A stretch of DNA of 64,000 bases, from contig CANQQU010000005.1 in the NCBI GenBank assembly GCA_947626085.1, positions 3,342-67,341 of the forward strand. The letters are read 5' to 3'. The notes below the pieces were generated by a model that worked only from the letters and a program-made list of their open reading frames with translations, did not search any database and was not told the origin of the DNA. The position numbers were made by a program, and so were the translations under genes. The stretch comes from an uncultured Oscillospiraceae bacterium. Lineage in GTDB: Bacteria; Bacillota; Clostridia; Oscillospirales; Oscillospiraceae. Positions 44,692-54,833 of this stretch are shown in pieces (the stretch's first letter is position 1; each line of letters starts with the position of its first letter).

Positions 44692-46551
44692 GTGAGCATA
44701 TTGGAAAATATTCAGGGCCATCAGGACCTGCTGTGCCTGAACAATCAGGAGAGGCTCATTCTGTGCCGGGAGATCCGGGAATTTTTGGTCAGGAACGTCT
44801 CTCAAACCGGGGGCCATCTGGCCTCCAATTTAGGCGTGGTGGAGTTGACGGTGGCTTTGGAGACGGTATTTGATACCGCCGTTGACCGCCTGGTATTTGA
44901 CGTGGGTCATCAGTCTTATGTTCATAAGCTGCTGACCGGCCGCCAGGCGGATTTTAAGCGTCTGCGCCAGTTTGGCGGCATGGCGGGCTTTCCCAAGCCG
45001 GAGGAGAGCGATACCGACGCCTTTGTGGCGGGCCACGCCTCCAGCGCGGTGTCCGTGGCCCTGGGAATGGCCCGGGCAAGGACGCTGATGGGGGAGACCT
45101 ACTGCGTGGCCGCTGTTCTGGGGGACGGGGCCGCCACAGGGGGCTTGGCCTTCGAGGGCCTCAGCGATACCGCCGTCAGCGGGGAGCCCATGGTTATCAT
45201 TCTCAACGACAATGAGATGTCCATCGACAAAAATGTGGGGGGCCTTGCCAAGCACCTGGCCCATCTGCGCACCGACCAGCGGTATCTGGACATCAAGCAG
45301 TGGTACAAGCGGGCGCTGCTGAAAATTCCCGGCGGCGCCGCCCTCTATCGGTTTTCGCACAATCTGAAAAGCTGGCTCAAGCGTTCCCTGATCCCCTCCA
45401 CCATCTTTGACGAGATGGGCCTGACCTATTTGGGCCCGGTGGACGGCCACGATCTGCCCGCGCTTATCGCCTTGCTGCAATACGCGAAGAACGCGGAAAA
45501 GCCGGTGGTGGTCCATGTGCTGACCCAGAAGGGCCGGGGCTACGCCCCGGCGGAGCAGGACCCAGCCAAGTTCCATGGCGTGGGACCCTTCGATCCCGTC
45601 ACCGGCGAGGTGCCGGAAAAGGCCTGCGAGACCTTTTCCAAGCGGTTCGGGGAAGTTCTGTGCCATCTGGCGGAGGAGGATCGACGAATCTGCGCCATTA
45701 CCGCCGCCATGCCCGGTGGGACTGGGCTGCTGCCTTTCAAGGAGCTGTTTCCCAACCGCCTGTTCGACGTGGGCATTGCCGAGGGCCACGCCGTTACCAT
45801 GGCCGGGGGCCTTGCCAAGCAGGGCATGATCCCCGTAGCGGCCATCTATTCCACCTTCCTCCAGCGGTCCTATGATATGATCCTCCAGGACGTGGTCATG
45901 CTGGGACTCCATGTGGTGCTGGCGGTGGACCGGGCAGGACTGGTGGGCGAGGACGGGGCCACCCATCAAGGCACCTTCGATGTGGGATTTCTCCGTCAGG
46001 CCCCGGGATTGACCCTATTGGCCCCCGGCAGCCTGCTGGAATTGGAGCAAATGCTGACCTGGGCGGTCAAGGAGCAGTCCGGCCCCGTGGCGATCCGCTA
46101 TTCCCGGGGCGGGGAAGGGTCCTACCGGGATTCCGACTGGGGCGAGGGGCGGGTCTGCCGCCACAGAACCGGCGGGGACGCCGCGATTTTGACCTATGGA
46201 TGCCGGATGCTGGACAACGCCCTGGCGGCGGCGGACCGCCTGGCCGGGGAGGGGATTCAGTTAACGGTGCTGCGGCTGCTGGAGTTGTCCCCGCTGCCGT
46301 CGGAGGAGGTCCTTGCCCTGCTGCCCGACGGGCCCCTGATCATCGCGGAGGAGACCTGCGCCGGCGCCGGGATCAAGGAAGCTCTTGCCTGGGAGCTGGA
46401 GAGGCTGGGATTCGGCGGGACCGTTTTGGGCCTGGATCTGGGGCACCGGTTCATCCCCCACGGAGACATGAAATCCCTCTATGGGATGTGCGGCTTGGAC
46501 GGGGAATCCCTTGCCGCCGCCGTGAGAAAGGCGGTGGGCCGTGAAGATTAA
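44692..46551 (+). CDS. dxs: 1-deoxy-D-xylulose-5-phosphate synthase
   Basis: 619 aa with a GTG start. The TPP motif is LGDGAATGG, and DVGIAEGHAVTMAGGLA is present. Confidence 0.9.
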   Translation: MSILENIQGHQDLLCLNNQERLILCREIREFLVRNVSQTGGHLASNLGVVELTVALETVFDTAVDRLVFDVGHQSYVHKLLTGRQADFKRLRQFGGMAGFPKPEESDTDAFVAGHASSAVSVALGMARARTLMGETYCVAAVLGDGAATGGLAFEGLSDTAVSGEPMVIILNDNEMSIDKNVGGLAKHLAHLRTDQRYLDIKQWYKRALLKIPGGAALYRFSHNLKSWLKRSLIPSTIFDEMGLTYLGPVDGHDLPALIALLQYAKNAEKPVVVHVLTQKGRGYAPAEQDPAKFHGVGPFDPVTGEVPEKACETFSKRFGEVLCHLAEEDRRICAITAAMPGGTGLLPFKELFPNRLFDVGIAEGHAVTMAGGLAKQGMIPVAAIYSTFLQRSYDMILQDVVMLGLHVVLAVDRAGLVGEDGATHQGTFDVGFLRQAPGLTLLAPGSLLELEQMLTWAVKEQSGPVAIRYSRGGEGSYRDSDWGEGRVCRHRTGGDAAILTYGCRMLDNALAAADRLAGEGIQLTVLRLLELSPLPSEEVLALLPDGPLIIAEETCAGAGIKEALAWELERLGFGGTVLGLDLGHRFIPHGDMKSLYGMCGLDGESLAAAVRKAVGRED

Positions 46552-47344
46552 AAAGCGCTTGGACGTGCTGCTGACGGAGCGGGGCTTCGCGGAAAACCGC
46601 ACCAAAGCCCAGGCTGTCATCATGAGCGGCCAGGTCTATGTCAACGGGCAGAAGGCCGATAAACCGGGGGCTTCCTTTGAGGAGACGGCGGCTCTGGAGG
46701 TGCGGGGGGAGACCTGTCCCTATGTCAGCCGGGGCGGCTATAAGCTGGAAAAGGCCCTGGATACCTTCGGCATTGACCCACAGGGCTATGTGTGCAGTGA
46801 TTCCGGCGCCTCCACCGGCGGCTTTACCGACTGCCTGTTACAGCGGGGCGCCAAGAAGGTGTTCGCCATCGACGTGGGCTACGGGCAGCTGGACTACCGG
46901 CTCCGTTCCGACCCCCGGGTGGTGGTGATGGAACGCACCAATATCCGCTACGTCACCCCGGAGCAAATCGGGGAGCAGCTGGATCTGTCGGTGGTGGACG
47001 TGAGCTTTATCTCCTTGAAGCTGGTGCTGCCGGTCATTGACCGGCTTCTGAAGGAAACCGGCCAGGTGGTCTGCCTGATCAAGCCCCAGTTTGAGGCGGG
47101 GCGGGAAAAGGTGGGCAAGAAAGGCGTGGTCCGGGAAAAGGACACCCATTTGGAGGTGCTGCGGGACTTTTTGACCATGGCCCAGGCGCTGGGATTTACT
47201 GTGCTGGGGCTGACCTATTCCCCGGTCAAGGGGCCGGAGGGAAATATCGAGTTTTTGGCGCACCTAAGCAAGCTGCCGGGGGAACAGACCTGCCCGGAGC
47301 CTGCCCAGGTGGTGGAGGATGCCCATGAGGCGCTGAAGGGGTGA
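46541..47344 (+). CDS. tlyA: TlyA-family rRNA 2'-O-methyltransferase
   Basis: An S4 domain at the N-terminus (RLDVLLTERGF) is followed by the SAM motif DSGASTGGFTD. Confidence 0.8.
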   Translation: MKIKKRLDVLLTERGFAENRTKAQAVIMSGQVYVNGQKADKPGASFEETAALEVRGETCPYVSRGGYKLEKALDTFGIDPQGYVCSDSGASTGGFTDCLLQRGAKKVFAIDVGYGQLDYRLRSDPRVVVMERTNIRYVTPEQIGEQLDLSVVDVSFISLKLVLPVIDRLLKETGQVVCLIKPQFEAGREKVGKKGVVREKDTHLEVLRDFLTMAQALGFTVLGLTYSPVKGPEGNIEFLAHLSKLPGEQTCPEPAQVVEDAHEALKG

Positions 47345-48207
47345 AATTGTTGAAAAAGGTGGTCATGACCCCCAATCCCTACCGGGATAAGAGCTTTTCC
47401 ACCGTCCGGGCGGCGATGGAGATCCTCAGAGCCGCTGGGGTGGAGGTGAAGCTCTGCCTGCCCTTCGAGGTGGACCGGAGCTACAGCATGCCCAAGGATC
47501 TGCGCTTTTCCCGGCTGGACCGGGAGCTGCCGGAGGCGGACGCGGTGATCTGCTTTGGCGGGGACGGGACGATCCTGCACATGGCAAAGGCGGCGACCCG
47601 CTGCGGAAAGCCGGTGCTGGGTGTGAACATCGGAACCATGGGCTTCATGGCGGAACTGGAAAGTACCGAGCTGGATCAGCTGCCCCGGCTCACCACCGGG
47701 GACTTTACGCTGGACAGCCGGATGATGCTGGACGTCTCCGTCCAGCGGGGCCGGGACATTCTCTTTCACGATATCTGCCTCAACGACGCGGTGGTGACCA
47801 AGGGCGCGGTGGCCCGGATCATTCAGCTGGCGGTGAAGTGCGACGGGGTGGAGTGCCTGGAATTTGGCGGGGATGGGCTGATCATTGCCACGCCCACCGG
47901 CTCCACAGCTTACAGCCTCTCCGCCGGGGGTCCCATTGTGGAGCCGGAGGCCGCCAACATTCTGATCACCCCCATCTGCGCCCACGACGTGGGCAGCCGC
48001 TGCGTTGTGGCCTCGGATCAGCGGGTGGTGACGGTGAGCCTGGGGAAAAACGCCCGCCGGAACGCCTTTTTATCCGTGGACGGGGGCAAGGCCCTGCGCC
48101 TGGAGGCGGGAGACGTGGCCACGGTGCGCAAGTCGCGGCTGGTGACCAAACTGATCCGTCTGAAAAGCCGGAGCTTTTACGATGTGCTGAATATGAAATT
48201 TAAATAA
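47341..48207 (+). CDS. nadK: NAD kinase
   Basis: It has the GGDGT motif (ICFGGDGTILH) and typical length. The true start may be the ATG at 47365. Confidence 0.85.
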   Translation: MKLLKKVVMTPNPYRDKSFSTVRAAMEILRAAGVEVKLCLPFEVDRSYSMPKDLRFSRLDRELPEADAVICFGGDGTILHMAKAATRCGKPVLGVNIGTMGFMAELESTELDQLPRLTTGDFTLDSRMMLDVSVQRGRDILFHDICLNDAVVTKGAVARIIQLAVKCDGVECLEFGGDGLIIATPTGSTAYSLSAGGPIVEPEAANILITPICAHDVGSRCVVASDQRVVTVSLGKNARRNAFLSVDGGKALRLEAGDVATVRKSRLVTKLIRLKSRSFYDVLNMKFK

Positions 48208-48231
48208 CCAACAGATATAGGGAGGAACAAC

Positions 48232-48684
48232 ATGAAGAATCAACGTCAGGCCAAGATCCTGGAATTGATCACCACCCGCCAGGTGGAGACCCAGGAGCAG
48301 CTCCTCGCCCTTTTGGAGGCGGAGGGGATCCATACCACCCAGGCCACCATTTCCCGGGACGTGAAGGAGCTACGCATTGTCAAGGAGCTGACCGGCTTGG
48401 GCACCTACCGCTACACCACGGCGGACAACGCGGTGTCCGGCAATTTTTCCACCCGGCTCCACACCATTTTCCGGGAGAGCGTTACATCTCTGGACTATGC
48501 CCAGAATATCATCGTCATCCGCACCCTGCCGGGCCTGGCCTCCGCCGCCGGTTCCGCTCTGGACGCCATGAGCCTCAGCGCCGTGGTGGGTACTCTGGCA
48601 GGGGACGACACCCTGATCGTGATCATGCGGGACAGCAATACCGCCGCCTCCTTCTGCGGCGAGATCAAGAATCTGCTGAACTGA
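48232..48684 (+). CDS. argR: Arginine repressor
   Basis: 150 aa with a winged-helix N-terminus and the C-terminal motif GTLAGDDT. Confidence 0.85.
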   Translation: MKNQRQAKILELITTRQVETQEQLLALLEAEGIHTTQATISRDVKELRIVKELTGLGTYRYTTADNAVSGNFSTRLHTIFRESVTSLDYAQNIIVIRTLPGLASAAGSALDAMSLSAVVGTLAGDDTLIVIMRDSNTAASFCGEIKNLLN

Positions 48685-48702
48685 TGGGAAAGGAGCGCCG
48701 GG

Positions 48703-50355
48703 ATGCTGAGTCTTCTGCATATTGAAAATATCGCGGTGGTGGAGCGGGCGGAGATCGCCTTTCACCCCGGTTTCAACGTGCTGACCGGCGAGACCGGCGC
48801 GGGCAAATCCATCGTGATCGACGCCATTTCCGCCATTCTGGGCCGCCGGGCCTACCGGGACATGATCCGCACCGGGGAGAGCCGGGCCAGCGTCCGGGCG
48901 ATTTTCACCCAGGTGCCGGAGCTAGACTGGTTTCAGGAAAACGGGGTGCCCTATGACCCGGAGACGGTGATCCAGCGGGAGATCTACCTGGACGGGCGGA
49001 ACGTGTGCCGTGTCAACGGCAGCCTGGTGACGGTGTCCATCCTCCACTCACTGGGAATCCAGCTGATCAACATTCATGGGCAGCACGACGCCGCCACCCT
49101 CTTTGACGAGGAAAACCACCTGCAATATCTGGACGCCTACGCTGAAAATCAGGCTCTGCGCCAGGACTACGGGGAAAAATACACCGCCCTGGCCGCTCTG
49201 CGAAAGAAAATCGACAGCCTGACCATGGACGAGGGGGAGAAGCTCCGGCGGATGGAGTCCCTGCAATACCAGATCCAGGAGATCACCCGGGCCAACCTGA
49301 CCCCGGGGGAGGACGAGGCCCTGGAGGAGCGGCGCAAGATTTTGCAAAACGCGGAAAAACTGAGCAGCGGGATGGATGCCGCCGTGGAGTGCCTCTACGG
49401 CGGGGAGGATACCGACGGCGCCGCCGGATTGCTTTCGGAGGCGGAGCGGGAGCTGAGCCGCCTGGCCCGGTTCGGGGAGCCCTTCGCGACCCTACACCGG
49501 CAGGTGGCGGACCTTAAATATCAGGTACAGGACGCCGCCGAGGAGGCCCGCGCCGCTAGGGACGATCTGAGCTACTCCGCCGACGAGCTGGAACAGATCG
49601 AGAGCCGCCTGGATGTGATCCACCGCCTTCGGCGGAAATATGGCGCCACTTGCGCCGACATCCTGGAATACCTGGACAAGGCCCAGGCGGAGCTGGACAA
49701 GATCCAGTTTTCCGACGAGGAGCTGGAAAAGTTGAAGGCGCTGCGCGCCGCCGCGGAAAAAGCGGCCCTGGACGCGGCCCAGGCTCTGTCTCAAAACCGG
49801 CAGGAGGCCGGGAAGCGCCTTTCCCAGGCCATTTTGGAGGAGCTGCGGCAGCTGGATATGCCCAGGGTGCAGTTTGCCTGTCCATTCACCCAGACCCCTC
49901 TGGGGCCCAACGGCATGGATGCCGCCGCCTTTTATCTCTCCGCCAACGCCGGGGAGGCGCTGAAGCCTCTGAGCCGGGTGGCCTCCGGCGGCGAGCTGGC
50001 CCGGATCATGCTGGCAATGAAAAATGTCCTGGCCCGGCAGGATCAGGTGGCGACTCTGATTTTCGATGAAGTGGATACCGGCGTCTCCGGCCGGGCGGCC
50101 CAGAAGGTGGCGGAGAAGCTCCGCAATCTGGCCCGGGACAAGCAGGTACTCTGCGTCACCCATTTGCCCCAGCTGGCGGCCCTGGGGGATACCCATCTGC
50201 TCATCTCCAAGTCCGAGCGGGATGGCCGGACCTACACCACCGTTACCCCCCTGGACCGGGAGGGCCGGATCCGGGAGCTTGCCCGGATCATCGGCGGGGC
50301 CAGCATCACCCCCATCACCCTGCAAAGCGCGGCGGAAATGCTGGACCATACTTGA
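48703..50355 (+). CDS. recN: DNA repair protein RecN
   Basis: Walker A is GETGAGKS. A coiled-coil middle region is followed by the C-terminal ASGGELARIMLA and LIFDEVDTG. Confidence 0.9.
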   Translation: MLSLLHIENIAVVERAEIAFHPGFNVLTGETGAGKSIVIDAISAILGRRAYRDMIRTGESRASVRAIFTQVPELDWFQENGVPYDPETVIQREIYLDGRNVCRVNGSLVTVSILHSLGIQLINIHGQHDAATLFDEENHLQYLDAYAENQALRQDYGEKYTALAALRKKIDSLTMDEGEKLRRMESLQYQIQEITRANLTPGEDEALEERRKILQNAEKLSSGMDAAVECLYGGEDTDGAAGLLSEAERELSRLARFGEPFATLHRQVADLKYQVQDAAEEARAARDDLSYSADELEQIESRLDVIHRLRRKYGATCADILEYLDKAQAELDKIQFSDEELEKLKALRAAAEKAALDAAQALSQNRQEAGKRLSQAILEELRQLDMPRVQFACPFTQTPLGPNGMDAAAFYLSANAGEALKPLSRVASGGELARIMLAMKNVLARQDQVATLIFDEVDTGVSGRAAQKVAEKLRNLARDKQVLCVTHLPQLAALGDTHLLISKSERDGRTYTTVTPLDREGRIRELARIIGGASITPITLQSAAEMLDHT

Positions 50356-50380
50356 CAAAACGGTTTTTTTCTGCTAGGAT
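50352..50380 (+). promoter_or_regulatory. Promoter TTGACA-17 nt-TAGGAT
   Basis: It has a consensus -35 and exact 17-nt spacing, and overlaps the recN stop. Confidence 0.55.
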
Positions 50381-50386
50381 ACTACC

Positions 50387-50638
50387 AACGCGATGAAGGG
50401 ATGCTTAGTCGCCCCCAACCCCTCCAGAGAGCTGCCGGTCGGTGCGAGGCAGCGGGGCAGGCGATGAAATTACCTCCCGGAGCGGCCCGCCTGAAAAGTT
50501 GTAGGGCGGGACGGGTCGGCCCGATAGCGCCGGGGTGTGCTTCACACCGTGAGGGCATGGCCGGGAGGCCCTGCCGAATCAGAGGTGGTACCGCGTAAAT
50601 TACGCCCTCTGTCCAATTGGACAGGGGGATTTTCATTT
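50387..50638 (+). promoter_or_regulatory. T-box leader (tRNA-sensing riboswitch), probable Tyr specifier
   Basis: It has the AGAGAG box and a distal GGTGCGAGG loop. GAAATTACC contains UAC. The T-box sequence AGAGGTGGTACCGCG lies at 50581-50595. The terminator CCCTCTGTCC-AATT-GGACAGGGGG is followed by a T-run at 50605-50638. Confidence 0.85.
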
Positions 50639-50651
50639 GGGAGGGAGAAAA

Positions 50652-51287
50652 ATGGTAAACATCACTTATTTGGGCCACGCCTGCTTCCTGCTGGAGGCGG
50701 AGGGCTACCGGACGGTGCTGGACCCATACGCAAACGGCGCCGTGCCGGGCCTTTTGGACCTGGATCTGGCGGCGGAAGCGGTGTATTGCAGCCACGGCCA
50801 CGGGGACCACAACGCCGCGGACCGGGTGAAGCTGACCCGGACGGCTCTCCGGCCCCCTTACACCCTGGCCGAGATTCCCGTGCCCCACGACGACGCCGGC
50901 GGTGCCAAGCGGGGGATGTGTACCGCCCGGGTGTTTGACTTCGGCGGCCTCCGGGTGGCCCACCTGGGGGACATCGGCCGGACGCTGACCCAGGAGGAGG
51001 CGGAAATTTTGGCGGGTGTGGACTGCCTGCTCCTGCCGGTGGGCGGCTTTTTCACCGTGGACGCGGCTCAGGCCGCCCAGATCGTCCGGCAGGCGGGGGC
51101 GAAGGTCGTGATCCCCATGCACTACCGGACGAAAACCACCGGCTATCCCGTCATCGGCAAGCTGGACCGATTCACCCGGCAGTTTGGCGCCGTCTATCAG
51201 GAGGGCGACACCCTGGCCCTGACGGTGGATACCCCGGCGGGGATCCATGTACTCAAACAAAAAATGGCAAAAGGAGAAGAATCATGA
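50652..51287 (+). CDS. MBL-fold metallo-hydrolase
   Basis: It has the HxHxDH motif (CSHGHGDHN). It lies between the T-box leader and tyrS, with an ATGA overlap to tyrS. Confidence 0.75.
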   Translation: MVNITYLGHACFLLEAEGYRTVLDPYANGAVPGLLDLDLAAEAVYCSHGHGDHNAADRVKLTRTALRPPYTLAEIPVPHDDAGGAKRGMCTARVFDFGGLRVAHLGDIGRTLTQEEAEILAGVDCLLLPVGGFFTVDAAQAAQIVRQAGAKVVIPMHYRTKTTGYPVIGKLDRFTRQFGAVYQEGDTLALTVDTPAGIHVLKQKMAKGEES

Positions 51288-52507
51288 AGCTTTACGACGA
51301 GCTGGTGGCCCGGGGGTTGATCGCCCAGGTCACGGATGAAAACGAGATCCGCACCATGATCGACGAGGGCAAGGCCACCTTCTATATCGGCTTTGACTGC
51401 ACGGCGGACAGCCTGACCGCCGGGCATTTCATGGCTCTGACCCTGATGAAGCGGCTGCAAATGGCGGGGAACAAGCCCATCGCCCTGATCGGCGGGGGCA
51501 CCACCATGATCGGAGACCCCTCCGGCCGGACGGATATGCGGAAAATGCTGACCAAGGAGGACATCGACCACAACGCCGCCTGCTTCAAGCGGCAGATGGA
51601 GCGGTTCATCGAATTCGGCCCGGGCAAGGCCCAGATGGTGAACAATGCGGACTGGCTGCTGGATTTGAATTATGTTAACCTTTTGCGGGAGGTGGGGGCC
51701 TGCTTCTCCGTGAACAATATGCTCCGGGCGGAGTGCTATAAGCAGCGGATGGAGCGGGGACTGTCCTTCCTGGAGTTCAACTACATGATCATGCAGTCCT
51801 ACGACTTTTACTACCTGTTCCAGCACTACGGCTGCAATATGCAGTTTGGCGGCAACGACCAGTGGAGCAATATGCTGGGCGGCACCGAGCTGATTCGCCG
51901 GAAGCTGGGCAAGGACGCCCACGCCATGACCATCACCCTGCTCACCGACTCCCAGGGCAATAAGATGGGCAAGACCGCCGGCAACGCCGTCTGGCTGGAC
52001 CCCAACAAGACCAGCCCCTTTGACTTCTACCAGTACTGGCGGAACGTGGGAGACGCGGACGTGATGAAGTGCGTCCGGATGCTGACCTTCCTGCCCATGG
52101 AGCAGATCGCGGAGATGGACGCCTGGAAGGACGCCAAGCTCAACGAGGCCAAGGAGATCCTGGCCTTCGAGCTGACCAAGCTGGTCCACGGTCCGGAGGA
52201 GGCGGAGAAGGCCCAGGCCGCCGCTCGGGCCCTGTTTGCCGGTTCCGGGACATCCGGGGAGATGCCCACCACCAAGATCCAGCCGGAGGCGCAGAAGGAC
52301 GGGAAAATCGGCATTCTGACCTTGATGGTTTCCTGCGGCCTGGCCGCCTCCAACGGCGAGGCCCGCCGCCTGGTGCAGCAGGGGGGCGTGTTCCTGAACG
52401 GGGACAAGGTCCCCGGAGCCGACGCCGCCGTTACCGAGGATCAGCTCCGGGCCGGGGCGGTCCTGCGCAAGGGCAAAAAGGTCTTCCACAAGGCGATCCT
52501 GGACTAA
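51284..52507 (+). CDS. tyrS: Tyrosine--tRNA ligase
   Basis: It has a HIGH-like TAGHFM, the KMSKS variant KMGKT, and a C-terminal S4 domain. Confidence 0.9.
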   Translation: MKLYDELVARGLIAQVTDENEIRTMIDEGKATFYIGFDCTADSLTAGHFMALTLMKRLQMAGNKPIALIGGGTTMIGDPSGRTDMRKMLTKEDIDHNAACFKRQMERFIEFGPGKAQMVNNADWLLDLNYVNLLREVGACFSVNNMLRAECYKQRMERGLSFLEFNYMIMQSYDFYYLFQHYGCNMQFGGNDQWSNMLGGTELIRRKLGKDAHAMTITLLTDSQGNKMGKTAGNAVWLDPNKTSPFDFYQYWRNVGDADVMKCVRMLTFLPMEQIAEMDAWKDAKLNEAKEILAFELTKLVHGPEEAEKAQAAARALFAGSGTSGEMPTTKIQPEAQKDGKIGILTLMVSCGLAASNGEARRLVQQGGVFLNGDKVPGADAAVTEDQLRAGAVLRKGKKVFHKAILD

Positions 52508-52518
52508 ATCCAAAAAAC

Positions 52519-52550
52519 GCGGCTTCCACGCTCGGAAGCCGCATTTTTTT
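52519..52550 (+). terminator. Intrinsic terminator GCGGCTTCC-N6-GGAAGCCGC plus T7
   Basis: A perfect 9-bp stem is followed by ATTTTTTT. Confidence 0.8.
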
Positions 52551-52623
52551 CTGGACATTTGGCAAAAAACCTGTATAATAGAGATATCTAACAAAAAGGA
52601 ACAGGAAAATGGAGGAGAAATTT

Positions 52624-53952
52624 ATGAAACTTGACACAAAACGTACCGTTTTGGTGGGCTTTGCTTTCCTGGCCATCTCCGCCTTCTGGCAGATGTACGA
52701 CAATCTGATCCCGCTGATGCTCTCCGACACCTTCAAGATCAAGGAAACATACGCAGGCTTCATCATGTCCCTGGACAACATCCTGGCCCTGTTCCTGCTG
52801 CCGCTCTTCGGCGGCCTGTCGGACAAGTGCCGCAGCGCCCTGGGCCGGCGGCGGCCCTTCATCCTCTTTGGCACCCTGGTCTCCGTGGCGCTGATGATCC
52901 TGCTGCCCCTGCTGGACAACAGCTACGCCGCCTCTCCGGCTCTGTGGAAGCTGGTGGGCTTTATCGCGGTGCTGGGGCTGCTGCTCATCGCCATGGGCAC
53001 CTACCGGAGCCCCGCCGTGGCCCTGATGCCCGACGTGACCCCCAAGCCCCTGCGGAGCAAGGCCAACGCCATTATCAATCTCATGGGCGCCGTGGGCGGC
53101 GTTATCTATCTGCTGGTCTCCTCGGTCCTCTACCGGCAAAAGCCCGGGGAGCTGGCCGCCCATATCAACTATCTGCCCCTGTTCTCCATCGTGGGCGGCA
53201 TCATGCTGGGGGCCCTGGCCGTGATCATGTTCCTGGTGGACGAGCCCAAGCTGGCAGCCCGGCAGAAGGAATATGAGCAGGCCCACCCGGAGGACAATTT
53301 GGCCGAGCAGACCGAGAACGGCGAGGCCCTGCCCGAGGATGTGAAGTGGAGCCTGGGCTTCCTGCTGGCGTCCATTTCCCTGTGGTTCATCGGCTACAAC
53401 GGCGTCACCACCTGGTTCTCAAAATACGCCACCACCGTATGGAACATGCCCCTGGGCAGCGCCAATACCTGCCTGACCGTGGCCACCGCGGGCGCCATCG
53501 TCAGCTACATCCCCGTGGGCAACATTGCTAGCAAGGTGGGCCGCCGGAAGACCATCCGCTTTGGCGCCTTGCTCCTGGCCGCCTGCTTCTTCGCGGCCTT
53601 CCTGTACACCGTCTTTGCCAAGGAGTTCAGCCCTCTGCTGTATGTGCTGTTCATTCTGGTGGGCATGGCCTGGGCGGCCATCAACGTCAACAGCCTGCCC
53701 ATGGTGGTGGAGATGTGCAAGGGCAGCGAAGTGGGCAAATTCACAGGGCTGTACTACACCTTCTCCATGGCGGCTCAGATCGTCACCCCCATCGTGGCCG
53801 GCTTCCTGCTGGAAAACGTGAGCTACCACACCCTGTTCCCCTATGCCGCGCTGGCGGTGCTGGCCTCCTTCATCACCATGGGCTTTGTCCGCCACGGGGA
53901 CAACAAGGTGGAGGCCAAGAAGGGCCTGGAAGCCTTTGACGTGGGGGACTGA
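52624..53952 (+). CDS. MFS transporter (GPH/SLC45-like)
   Basis: The RBS is GGAGGAG. It has about 12 TM segments and the loop GGLSDKCRSALGRRRPF, typical of glycoside-type MFS transporters. Confidence 0.75.
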   Translation: MKLDTKRTVLVGFAFLAISAFWQMYDNLIPLMLSDTFKIKETYAGFIMSLDNILALFLLPLFGGLSDKCRSALGRRRPFILFGTLVSVALMILLPLLDNSYAASPALWKLVGFIAVLGLLLIAMGTYRSPAVALMPDVTPKPLRSKANAIINLMGAVGGVIYLLVSSVLYRQKPGELAAHINYLPLFSIVGGIMLGALAVIMFLVDEPKLAARQKEYEQAHPEDNLAEQTENGEALPEDVKWSLGFLLASISLWFIGYNGVTTWFSKYATTVWNMPLGSANTCLTVATAGAIVSYIPVGNIASKVGRRKTIRFGALLLAACFFAAFLYTVFAKEFSPLLYVLFILVGMAWAAINVNSLPMVVEMCKGSEVGKFTGLYYTFSMAAQIVTPIVAGFLLENVSYHTLFPYAALAVLASFITMGFVRHGDNKVEAKKGLEAFDVGD

Positions 53953-53955
53953 GCC

Positions 53956-54762
53956 ATGATCTGGGTTCTGATTATCGCACTGGTTCTGGCAGCCGGTTTC
54001 CTGCTGGCCCTCCGGGGCCGGAAGGGGCACCCGGGCTGGAAGGACCTGCTGGGCTGGAACTATGCCCACCGGGGCCTCCATGACGAGGCGCTGCCGGAAA
54101 ACAGTATGGCCGCCTTTCGGGCCGCCCTGGAGCAGGGCTATGGCATCGAGCTGGACCTGCATTTGATCAAGGACGGCTCCCTGGCGGTGCTCCACGACCA
54201 CACCCTAAAGCGTATGACCGGCAGGGAGGGGAAAATTGAGGACCTGACCGCCCCCGAGCTGAAAACCTGCTTCCTCCAGGGCACCCAGGAGACCATCCCT
54301 CTCTTTGAGGACGTGCTGGCGCTGTTCGACGGGAAGGCCCCCATGATTATCGAGCTGAAATCCGACGGGACCAACGTCAGCGCCCTGTGCGAAGCGGCCA
54401 TGGCCGCCTTGAAGGACTACCACGGTCCCTACTGTATTGAGTCCTTTGACAGCCGGTGCCTGATGTGGCTGAAAAAGCACGCCCCCCAGGTGATCCGGGG
54501 GCAGCTGGCGGAGGACTATCTCCATGAGAAAACGATCCTGCCCTGGCCCCTGGCCTTCGCCGTGACCTACAATCTGGAGAACTTCCTGACCGTGCCGGAC
54601 TTCCTGGCGTACCGGTTCAACAACCGGACCCTGCTGCCCAACCGGATCTGCCGGAAGCTGTGGGGCATCCAGGGCGTCACCTGGACCCTGCGGAATAAGG
54701 CGGATTTTGATACCGCCGTGGAGGAGGGCTGGGTCCCCATTTTCGAGGGCTTCCGGCCATAG
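53956..54762 (+). CDS. Glycerophosphodiester phosphodiesterase-family protein with N-terminal TM anchor
   Basis: AHRGLHDEALPENSMAAF...GIELDLH is the GDPD motif. Confidence 0.75.
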   Translation: MIWVLIIALVLAAGFLLALRGRKGHPGWKDLLGWNYAHRGLHDEALPENSMAAFRAALEQGYGIELDLHLIKDGSLAVLHDHTLKRMTGREGKIEDLTAPELKTCFLQGTQETIPLFEDVLALFDGKAPMIIELKSDGTNVSALCEAAMAALKDYHGPYCIESFDSRCLMWLKKHAPQVIRGQLAEDYLHEKTILPWPLAFAVTYNLENFLTVPDFLAYRFNNRTLLPNRICRKLWGIQGVTWTLRNKADFDTAVEEGWVPIFEGFRP

Positions 54763-54780
54763 TCCCAAGTCCTAAAAAAT

Positions 54781-54823
54781 AACAGAACCGCTCCGAAGGC
54801 CCAATCTTCGGAGCGGTTCTGTT
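54781..54823. terminator. Bidirectional 18-bp stem-loop between convergent genes
   Basis: AACAGAACCGCTCCGAAG-N7-CTTCGGAGCGGTTCTGTT. Confidence 0.7.
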
Positions 54824-54833
54824 CGATTGGCGT

